Source: Spirochaetia bacterium
GTDB taxonomy: Bacteria > Spirochaetota > Spirochaetia > SZUA-6 > Bin103
Reading direction: 5' to 3'
Assembly: GCA_965203055.1 (NCBI GenBank)
Contig: OZ241863.1
Span: 3,936,001 to 4,000,000 of the forward strand
DNA: 64,000 nt
In this document: one piece after another, positions 57,100-64,000 of the stretch
Position numbering within the stretch: the stretch's first letter is position 1
Layout: every line of letters starts with the position of its first letter
Position numbers and translations under genes: made by a program
Notes under the pieces: model-generated
Told to the model about the DNA's origin: nothing
The model's input: the letters and a program-made list of their open reading frames with translations, nothing else
The model's database searches: none

Positions 57100-58215
57100 C
57101 TATTGCTTGTACGGGTCGGCGGCGTCGCGCAGCCCGTCGCCGAGGAAGTTGAAGGCCAGCACTACCACCACCACGAACAGGCCGGGCATCAGCAGCCACG
57201 GGTTCTGCACCACGGTGCGCACGTTCTGGGCTTCCTTCAGCAGTGACCCCCAACTTACCGCCGGAGGCCGGATCCCCAGGCCCAGAAAGCTCAGCGAGGT
57301 TTCCGCCAGGATCATGCCGGGAATCGACAGGGTCAGGCTCACGATCAGGTAGCTCATGAAGGAGGGCAGCAGGTGGCGGCCGATGATGTGCGCCTCGCCG
57401 GTGCCGCTGATCTTGGCCGCCATGACGAACTCCTCCTCGCGCAGCTCCAGCAGCCGGCCGCGCACCACGCGCGCCAGCCCGGTCCAGCCGACGATCGAGA
57501 GGATGATCGTGATGCCGAAGTAGACGCGAATGGGCGGCCACAATGGCGGCAGCGCCGCGCTCAGCGCCATCCACAACGGGATCGTCGGGATGGCAATGAG
57601 AAACTCGACGAGGCGCTGGATCAGCGCGTCGGCCGTGCCGCCGTAGTAACCGGAGATGCCGCCCAGAATGCAGCCGAGGACGAAGCTGATCGCCACCCCC
57701 ACCAGACCGATGGTGAGCGAAATGCGGGCCGCGTACACTACCCGCGAGAACACGTCCCGGCCCAGCTTGTCGGTGCCGAACAGGAACAGGACGCCGCCCT
57801 CGACGCCGAACAGATGGAGGTCGGAGGGGAACGTGTTCCACAGCTTGTACTCGACGCCGCGCACGAAGAACCGGAGCGGATGGAGAACCGTCTCGTCGTC
57901 CTGATAGCGCCAGCGCAGCGTGACCGGATCGCGTTCCGGCTTCAACCCGTAGACGAACGGGCGGAAGTGAAACCTGCCGCCGGCATCCAGGAAGCGAAGC
58001 AACTGCGGGCGGGCGAACGTGTAGTCGGGATGGCGCGTCGCGGTGTCGTACGGCGCGACGAACTCGCAGAACAGCGCGCCCAGGTAGAACACCAGCAGGA
58101 AGCCGCCGCCGAACAGGGCCAGCTTGTGGCGCTTGAGCTTGCGCCACATGAGCTGCCACTGCGACGCGATGTACTCGCGTTCCTTGAGATCGATTTCCTG
58201 CTCGCGGGCGCGCAT
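57100..58215 (-). CDS. peptide ABC transporter permease (DppC-like)
   Basis: FGTDKLGRD, ETSLSFLGLG, GDGLRDAADPY. Confidence 0.93.
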   Translation of the reverse strand: MRAREQEIDLKEREYIASQWQLMWRKLKRHKLALFGGGFLLVFYLGALFCEFVAPYDTATRHPDYTFARPQLLRFLDAGGRFHFRPFVYGLKPERDPVTLRWRYQDDETVLHPLRFFVRGVEYKLWNTFPSDLHLFGVEGGVLFLFGTDKLGRDVFSRVVYAARISLTIGLVGVAISFVLGCILGGISGYYGGTADALIQRLVEFLIAIPTIPLWMALSAALPPLWPPIRVYFGITIILSIVGWTGLARVVRGRLLELREEEFVMAAKISGTGEAHIIGRHLLPSFMSYLIVSLTLSIPGMILAETSLSFLGLGIRPPAVSWGSLLKEAQNVRTVVQNPWLLMPGLFVVVVVLAFNFLGDGLRDAADPYKQ

Positions 58216-58217
58216 CG

Positions 58218-59213
58218 TCAGGCCGCTTTGCTCTCATAGCGGATGCGCGGGTCGATCCACACCAGCATGAGGTCGGACAGCAGCGTGCCGATCACGGTCA
58301 GGAAGGTGAGAAACATCACCGTGCTGCCGGCCAGATAGGTGTCCTGCGAGATGAGCGCGCGGAACAGCAGCGGCCCGGTGGTGGGCAGGCTCAGCACGAT
58401 GGCGGTAATCGTCTCGCCGGACACGATGCCCGGCAGGATCCAGCCGATGGTGCTGATGATCGGATTGACCGCGATTCTGACCGGATACTTGAACAGCAGC
58501 GTGGGCTCGGCGACGCCCTTGGCGCGGGCGGTAATGACGTACTGCTTGCTCAGTTCGTCGAGCAGGCCGCCGCGCATGACGCGGATCAGCCCGGCCGTCC
58601 CCGCGGTGCCGATCACCACGATCGGCACCGGCAGATGCTTGAGCATGTCCCATACCTTGGCCACGCTCCACGGCGCCAACTGGTACTCCAGCGAGAACAG
58701 GCCGCCCGGACTGATGCCGAAGAACCGCGACAGGATCAGCATCAGGATCAGCGCGAGGAGAAAGTTGGGCGTCGCCAGGCCGGCGAATCCGACCACCGTA
58801 AAGGCGTAGTCGCCGAGCGAATACTGGTGGGTGGCGGAATAGATGCCGATCGGGATCGACACCACGTACACGAACACCAGCGTGACCATCGAGATGGCGA
58901 CGGTGAGCGGCAGCCGCTCGGCGAGCAGCGCGCTGACCGGCTGATTCATCTCGAACGAGCGGCCCAGGTCGCCTTGCAGCATGTTCCACACCCACTTGAG
59001 GTATTGCAGGTGCGGCGGCAGGTCGAGCCCGTACTGCCGCTCCAGGGACCGGATCCGTTCCTCGTCGACATTGATGCCGCGCGCTCTGAGGTTCTCCAGC
59101 ATGGTGGTCAGATAGTCGCCCGGCGGGAGCTGAATGATGATGAACGCGACCACCGACACGGCGATCATCACCACGACCATGACCGCCAGGCGGCGCCCGA
59201 GGTAGGACAGCAC
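58218..59213 (-). CDS. peptide ABC transporter permease (DppB-like)
   Basis: IIQLPPGD, YVITARAKG, DPRIR. Confidence 0.93.
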   Translation of the reverse strand: MLSYLGRRLAVMVVVMIAVSVVAFIIIQLPPGDYLTTMLENLRARGINVDEERIRSLERQYGLDLPPHLQYLKWVWNMLQGDLGRSFEMNQPVSALLAERLPLTVAISMVTLVFVYVVSIPIGIYSATHQYSLGDYAFTVVGFAGLATPNFLLALILMLILSRFFGISPGGLFSLEYQLAPWSVAKVWDMLKHLPVPIVVIGTAGTAGLIRVMRGGLLDELSKQYVITARAKGVAEPTLLFKYPVRIAVNPIISTIGWILPGIVSGETITAIVLSLPTTGPLLFRALISQDTYLAGSTVMFLTFLTVIGTLLSDLMLVWIDPRIRYESKAA

Positions 59214-59284
59214 GACCGGGGCCGCGCTAGCGGAGGGGGCGGGTCAGGCGCCCGGCCGCCGGCGGCGCCGGCGGGGCGCGAAGC

Positions 59285-59326
59285 GAGCGGCAGCGGGGGG
59301 CGCTGCGGTCACCCCCCGTCCGCTCA
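59285..59326 (-). terminator. imperfect stem-loop between the solute-binding protein and permease genes
   Basis: GAGCGG..CGGGGGG / CCCCCCG.CCGCTC. Confidence 0.4.
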
Positions 59327-59348
59327 TCCAGATGTTGCGGCGTCCCCG

Positions 59349-61334
59349 TTACTTCTTCCAGAAGAACTGCTGCGCCTCGTAGTACAGCTCCAGGCCGTGC
59401 TCGGCGTCGGCGCCGAAGCGGTCGGGAATGTTGCGCAGGTCGTTGTCCACGATATGCAGCTTGGGGGCCAAGCCGATGGTGCCCAGGTGATAGAGATACT
59501 CGGCGTTGTAGTCGTAGATCTCCTGCATCAGCACCTTGTACTCCTCCGAACCCAACGGGAACGAGGTCGCCTCCTCCACCCGGTAGTACTGCTCCTTGAC
59601 GTGCTCCGGCGGTTCCTCGCCCGGGAACATGCCATCCTCGAAGTCGGCCATCGTCTTGGTGCCCCGGTAGTTCACGTCGCGGTCGGCGTTCATCCAGGTC
59701 GCCCAGGCGGGCGCTTCCTTGACGCCGTGCACGCGCGGCCGGAACGGCTCGACCAGGAACGCGATCTCGCCCACCGTCTGGTAGGGGTGCACCATCAGCA
59801 TGTGGTCGAGCGCCCGGGTGCGCTCGCCGAACAGCGCCCATGCCAGCTCGCCCTTGATCAGGATCTTGAGGCCCACGTCCTCCCAGTACTCCTTCATCAG
59901 CTCGAACATGGTGGGGTCGGGGAACGACTCCGGGTACTCCAGCAGCAGCACCAGCGTCTCGCCGTCGGGGCCGAGCCGGAAGCCGTCCGCATCGCGCGCC
60001 GTCAGACCGATGGCGTCGAGCAGCTCGCTCGCCGTGTCGGGGTCGTACGCCAGGAACGGGTGCGCTTCGCCCCACTCCGGCTTGTAGAAGCTGGCGTTGG
60101 GCAGCGTGGTCGCCTGCCGCGGGGTGCCGAGGCCGAAGTAGACGGTCTCGTTGATCTCCTCGCGGTCGATGGCCGCGGACAGGGCGCGCCGGAAGCGCAC
60201 GTCGTTGAAGATCTCGCTCAGCGCCGGATCGGGGTAGTTCTGGTTGATGCTGAACGCCGCCTCGGAGGCGTTGACCCCCGGCACTGCGATCACCCGGTAC
60301 CCGCCGGACTGCTCGTTCTCCTTGTACAGCGAGTAGTTCTCCATGCTGGTCAAGGCCACGGCGATGTCCGACTCGCCGGACATGATCTTCGCCTGGTACA
60401 CCTCCTTGTTGACCGCGGTCACCACCACGTCGTCGACGTAGGGCAGCTGGTTGCCCGCCGGGTCCACCTGATAGAAGTAGGGGTTGCGCTGGAAGTACTT
60501 CACCGTCGCCGTCTGATTCTCGAACTTCCACGGCATCGTGGTCGGCTGATCGGTGTCGGTGGTGGGATAGAAGATCTGGTGGCTGTTGAACGCCTCCCAC
60601 CAGGAGTCGAAGCCTTCCTCCTTGGCGAGCTGTCCGGCGTCGTCGTTGTACTTGATGTGCCACTTCTTCAGGTAGTGCTTGGGCGCGTAGGAGGCGATCT
60701 CGCCACCCGGCCAGGTGACCATCACCACCGGCAGCACCGGATAGGGATTGTCCATCTCGAACTGCACGGTGTAATCGTCGATCTTGCGGATGCGGTTCAC
60801 CCGTCCGTACAGGTTCCAGGTGCTGACCTCGTCGTTCCAGTGCATGTCCTCGAACATGAAGAGGATGTCGTCGGCGGTGAAGGGATGGCCGTCCGACCAC
60901 TTCGCGCCCGGCCTGAGCTGCAGCGTCATGCTCTTGCCGTCGGCGGCCAGCTCGTAGCCCATGGCGAGATCGGGCACGATCTCGTTGTCCGCGGTGATGT
61001 CGAGCAGGAACGAACTGCCGCCGATCACCTCGCCCATGTCGTTCCAGGAATCCATGTTGATGGCGAAGGCGTTGATGGTGCCGCCGTACTGGCCGATCTC
61101 CTCGACCACATCCTTCACCTTGGGGTCGTCCGGCAGCCGTTCGTCCACCGGCGGCAACTCGCCGGCGGCGACCAGCGCGGCGAGCATCGGCGCCTCGTTA
61201 TACCCCCCCCCTCCAACGCTCATCATCTCGGTCTCGGCGGCCGCGGAGGTCGATCCCTCCTCGGTGCCGCCGGCCACCGCGAACGCCGCGGCGATCAGCG
61301 AAAATGCCAAGCCCATAGCCAGCGATTTTCTCAT
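59349..61334 (-). CDS. ABC transporter substrate-binding protein, family 5
   Basis: AAGGAG SD; EAPML..LPPVDERLP, KWSDGHPFTADD, RNPYFYQVD.AGNQLPY. Confidence 0.93.
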   Translation of the reverse strand: MRKSLAMGLAFSLIAAAFAVAGGTEEGSTSAAAETEMMSVGGGGYNEAPMLAALVAAGELPPVDERLPDDPKVKDVVEEIGQYGGTINAFAINMDSWNDMGEVIGGSSFLLDITADNEIVPDLAMGYELAADGKSMTLQLRPGAKWSDGHPFTADDILFMFEDMHWNDEVSTWNLYGRVNRIRKIDDYTVQFEMDNPYPVLPVVMVTWPGGEIASYAPKHYLKKWHIKYNDDAGQLAKEEGFDSWWEAFNSHQIFYPTTDTDQPTTMPWKFENQTATVKYFQRNPYFYQVDPAGNQLPYVDDVVVTAVNKEVYQAKIMSGESDIAVALTSMENYSLYKENEQSGGYRVIAVPGVNASEAAFSINQNYPDPALSEIFNDVRFRRALSAAIDREEINETVYFGLGTPRQATTLPNASFYKPEWGEAHPFLAYDPDTASELLDAIGLTARDADGFRLGPDGETLVLLLEYPESFPDPTMFELMKEYWEDVGLKILIKGELAWALFGERTRALDHMLMVHPYQTVGEIAFLVEPFRPRVHGVKEAPAWATWMNADRDVNYRGTKTMADFEDGMFPGEEPPEHVKEQYYRVEEATSFPLGSEEYKVLMQEIYDYNAEYLYHLGTIGLAPKLHIVDNDLRNIPDRFGADAEHGLELYYEAQQFFWKK

Positions 61335-61388
61335 CACGATCACTCCTTCTTGTTGCTGCTCATGCGCAACGCTGCAATCTGGCTTTGC

Positions 61389-61418
61389 ATGGTAGAGCCG
61401 CCCCCGGCCGGCTGTCAA
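61389..61418 (-). promoter_or_regulatory. sigma70-type promoter overlapping the upstream stop codon
   Basis: TTGACA-18 nt-TACCAT. Confidence 0.6.
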
Positions 61419-62470
61419 AGGCCGCCGTAGCGCACCCCCGTGGGGACCACGTCGGTCTCGCGTCCGGCGCGGATGGCCAGCGCCGCGTCCAGCGTGCTCC
61501 GGAAGTCGTGATCCGGGGTGTAGCCGAGCAGCTCGCGCACCTTGGTATGGTCGAACTCGAAGTAGTTGGGAGAGGGCATGCGCACGTCGGCATAGCCGGC
61601 GCCGAGGCGCTCGGCCAGGGCCGGAACCAGCTCCTCCCACACGGTGAGCAAGCCGCCCAGGGTGAACGACTCGCCCACCGCGCCCTCGGCGTCCAGCGCC
61701 AGCGCCAGGCCCTTGGCTACGTCGCGCACGTCGGCCCACTCCTGCTTGTAGGTGCGCCCGTCGGGGCAGCGGCTGAGCAGCAGGCGCTTGCCCTCCTGCC
61801 AGGCCGCGTCGAGCTGGCGCAGCGCCTCCCGCGCGGCCGGCGGCGGCGCGGACAGCGCCTGCAGCCGCCCGCGCGCTTCGGCCACGCTCCAGTGCCGCGG
61901 AATCCCCTCGTCGTCGAGCAGCTCGCTCGGCTCCAGCACCGTGGCAAAGCGGCAGGTGACGCTCGGCACTCCGTACTGGCAGTGGTAGTTCATGCACAGT
62001 TCCTCGCCGATCCACTTGGTCAGGTAGTAGGGCATCAGCTTGCTGTGGCTCACTTCGTGCTCGCGGATCGGGCGCTCGAACAGGCGCCCGTCATCTTCCG
62101 TGCGCCAGTACACCGCCTCGGTGCAGGCGTACACCAGGCGCCGCAGGTCGGGCGCGTGGGCGCGGATCGCCTCCAACAGGTGCAGGGTGCCGAGCCCGTT
62201 GATCTGCAGGTACTCGATGTTGTCGTGCGGCGAAGCGAACGCGGCCGCGACGTGGTACACCGCGTCGACGCCCCGCACCGCCCGCTCCACCGCGGCGTAG
62301 TCGCGCAGATCGCCGGTGACCAGCTCGACGTTGGCCAGACCGTCCAGCTTGCGCGCCCGGCTGGCGTCGCCGGGAAACACGAAGCCGCGCACCGCGTGGC
62401 CCTGGCGCAGCAGCCGGCGCACCAGGTTGGCGCCGATGCGCCCGTTGGAACCGGTAACCAGAATCTTCAC
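61415..62470 (-). CDS. NAD-dependent epimerase/dehydratase
   Basis: VTGSNGRIG, YYLTK, DVRDVA. Confidence 0.9.
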   Translation of the reverse strand: MKILVTGSNGRIGANLVRRLLRQGHAVRGFVFPGDASRARKLDGLANVELVTGDLRDYAAVERAVRGVDAVYHVAAAFASPHDNIEYLQINGLGTLHLLEAIRAHAPDLRRLVYACTEAVYWRTEDDGRLFERPIREHEVSHSKLMPYYLTKWIGEELCMNYHCQYGVPSVTCRFATVLEPSELLDDEGIPRHWSVAEARGRLQALSAPPPAAREALRQLDAAWQEGKRLLLSRCPDGRTYKQEWADVRDVAKGLALALDAEGAVGESFTLGGLLTVWEELVPALAERLGAGYADVRMPSPNYFEFDHTKVRELLGYTPDHDFRSTLDAALAIRAGRETDVVPTGVRYGGL

Positions 62471-63607
62471 TCAGGAGACCTCCACTCGATAGCCGTCGGC
62501 GGCGCGCACGCCGCGCTCGATCAGCTCCGGCTCCAGATCGAAGCCGGTGCCGGGCGTGTCCGGCACCAGCAGCTTGCCGGCGCGCAACTCCCAGCCGTCC
62601 AGCACCACGCCCTCGGTGTCGGCCGGCGCCGCCTCCAGCAGGGCGAAGTTGGGAACCGAGGCGGCGAAGTGGGCGTGCGCGTAGCGCTCGATGATCGAGC
62701 CCCAGCAGTGCGGGGCGCAACGCGCGCCCCACGGCTCGATGCGCGCCGCGGTCGCCTTCCACCAGCTCAGGCCCCGGGCGCGGAAGTCATGCTGCACCAC
62801 GTCGATGTCCCCGGCCTCCACCATGGCGAAGAAGGTGGGCGGCGGGGGGCCCGACTCGCCGTCCGCCACCAGCGTCGAATGGCCGCGCTCGCGGATGAAC
62901 CGGCGCAAGTCGGCGTTGAGCGTCGGATCCTCGGCGAACGGTTCCTCGAACCAGTAGATGCCGGCGCCGGCGCACGCGGTGAGGGTGTCCTTGGTGCTGT
63001 TGAGGGTGCCGCCGTTGTTGGCGTCCACCATGATCTTGGCCTCCGGCCCGGCCGCCTCGCGCACGGTATGGATCACCAGCACGTCGCGCTCCAGGCCGGC
63101 GGCGGTGGGCATCCAGCGGGCGCCGCGCCCGATCTTGATCTTGAAGTTGCGGTAGCCGTAGCGCTGGCCGGTGCGCACCTCTTCCCGAAAGATGTCCTGC
63201 GCTTGCGCGTCGCCGGCCCCCAGGTCGTCGATGTAGATCGAGCCGTCGTAGAGCTCCACGGAGCGGTCGCCGCGCGCGCCGAGCAGCCGATACAGCGGCA
63301 CCCCGTGCCATCTGGCGGCGAGGTCCCACAACGGCAGGTCGAGCGCCGCGCCCGGCTCCAGGGCGCCCTCCGGCAGGCGGAACAGCTCGCCGAGCCGGCG
63401 CCCTGCCAGCGACTCGGCGCGCGCCCGCTCCAGGCGCGACCAGCCCACGCCGACCGCGCCGCCGGAGGCATGCACGCGCACCACCGAATCGTGCACCACG
63501 GTGCCATGCGCGCCAATGCGGGCGTTGCAGCCGATGTCGCGCGGGCGCGGGCTGCGCACCACGATCTTCTCGATCCGGGTAATTCGCTCCTGCGAGAAAT
63601 CGCTCAT
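62471..63607 (-). CDS. mandelate racemase/enolase superfamily protein
   Basis: FKIKIG, MVDAN, WFEEPF, ADGE, PHCWG, PGTG. Confidence 0.9.
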   Translation of the reverse strand: MSDFSQERITRIEKIVVRSPRPRDIGCNARIGAHGTVVHDSVVRVHASGGAVGVGWSRLERARAESLAGRRLGELFRLPEGALEPGAALDLPLWDLAARWHGVPLYRLLGARGDRSVELYDGSIYIDDLGAGDAQAQDIFREEVRTGQRYGYRNFKIKIGRGARWMPTAAGLERDVLVIHTVREAAGPEAKIMVDANNGGTLNSTKDTLTACAGAGIYWFEEPFAEDPTLNADLRRFIRERGHSTLVADGESGPPPPTFFAMVEAGDIDVVQHDFRARGLSWWKATAARIEPWGARCAPHCWGSIIERYAHAHFAASVPNFALLEAAPADTEGVVLDGWELRAGKLLVPDTPGTGFDLEPELIERGVRAADGYRVEVS

Positions 63608-63679
63608 TCCTGGAATCTCCTCTTGGCGCCGGCGGCGCGCGGTGCCGTTACCGGATCGGGTCGCCGGCGACCGCACCGG

Positions 63680-64000
63680 TTACCCGACCGGTTGGCCGCG
63701 GTTGCGCACCCAGTCGACGAACTTCCGCCGCATGGCGGGAGAAAAGGCGTGCCCGGCTTCCTGATCCACGAACTGCTCGGCGCGGCCGCCGGCGGCGTTG
63801 ATCAGCCGCACCGTCTCCGCGTTGGTGGCCGCCGGACAGTCGGTGTCTAGACCGCCGTCGATGAACAGCAGCGGCCGACCGGTAAACCGGTCCGGGTGCG
63901 ATTGCGTCGCGTGTTCGGCGCACCAAGCGTCGCACCAGGTGCCGTGTTGGGCCTGCCGGCACCAGGCATCGGCCTGGAAGAAGCTGGAGCGTCCGACAAC
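63680..64000 (-). CDS. alpha/beta hydrolase, C-terminal part (truncated by the window edge)
   Basis: RPLLFIDGGLDTDCP..AGHAFS, TAA at 63680-63682. Confidence 0.7.
   Translation of the reverse strand, partial: VVGRSSFFQADAWCRQAQHGTWCDAWCAEHATQSHPDRFTGRPLLFIDGGLDTDCPAATNAETVRLINAAGGRAEQFVDQEAGHAFSPAMRRKFVDWVRNRGQPVG

Noticed and set aside
61203..61211. G9 run in the solute-binding protein coding sequence as a phase-variable tract
   Set aside because: In frame, encodes a Gly linker, short, and plausible by chance at this GC
59349..62015. ORF-track extensions suggesting fusions (888 aa here; also 46101-48650, 53741-55807, 15005-16807)
   Set aside because: Upstream parts are off-frame overlaps of neighbouring genes; better internal starts exist
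1..64000. Many long alternative-frame and antisense ORFs (e.g. 1809-3803, 22570-25149, 35775-38378, 58635-61430)
   Set aside because: Shadows of real genes in high-GC DNA; R/A/G/P-rich and without recognisable motifs
1..64000. CRISPR arrays, tRNA/rRNA, integrase, reverse transcriptase
   Set aside because: No repeat-spacer pattern or recognisable motifs seen by eye; without an RT the 27865-27997 hairpin is not called a retron ncRNA

Overview
High-GC bacterial chromosomal segment with about 60 genes. Most are catabolic or transport genes: five PhyH-type Fe(II)/2OG dioxygenases, three SDRs, a Gfo/Idh/MocA oxidoreductase, a sulfatase, a BNR/sialidase, an enolase-family enzyme and three ABC solute-binding proteins with permeases. 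A few are housekeeping genes (lipA, cdd, dus, an ATP-dependent DNA ligase and a divergent proS). The style of the solute-binding proteins and the expanded PhyH, Uma2, Rpn and AAA families suggest a host-associated lineage, possibly a sponge-associated Spirochaetia (inference only). Several visibly lower-GC cassettes of defence-like genes are interspersed. These are (i) a DUF1998/MrfA-type DEAH helicase fused to a STAND-like ATPase plus a coupled second STAND-like ATPase with a degenerate Walker B (30495-35928), which is the best candidate for an undescribed system; (ii) a TIGR04255/unknown/unknown three-gene operon resembling a toxin-antitoxin-chaperone module; (iii) an orphan ABC-type ATPase; (iv) an RloA/RloB pair; and (v) an Rpn nuclease with an internal SD+ATG. 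Non-coding signals include a promoter-fronted 133-nt rod-like hairpin (candidate 6S-like ncRNA), a G21 tract in a promoter spacer, a promoter/leader module shared by two solute-binding protein genes, an IS remnant and several truncated gene relics. No rRNA, tRNA or CRISPR array was seen. Family calls come from motif recognition, not database searches.
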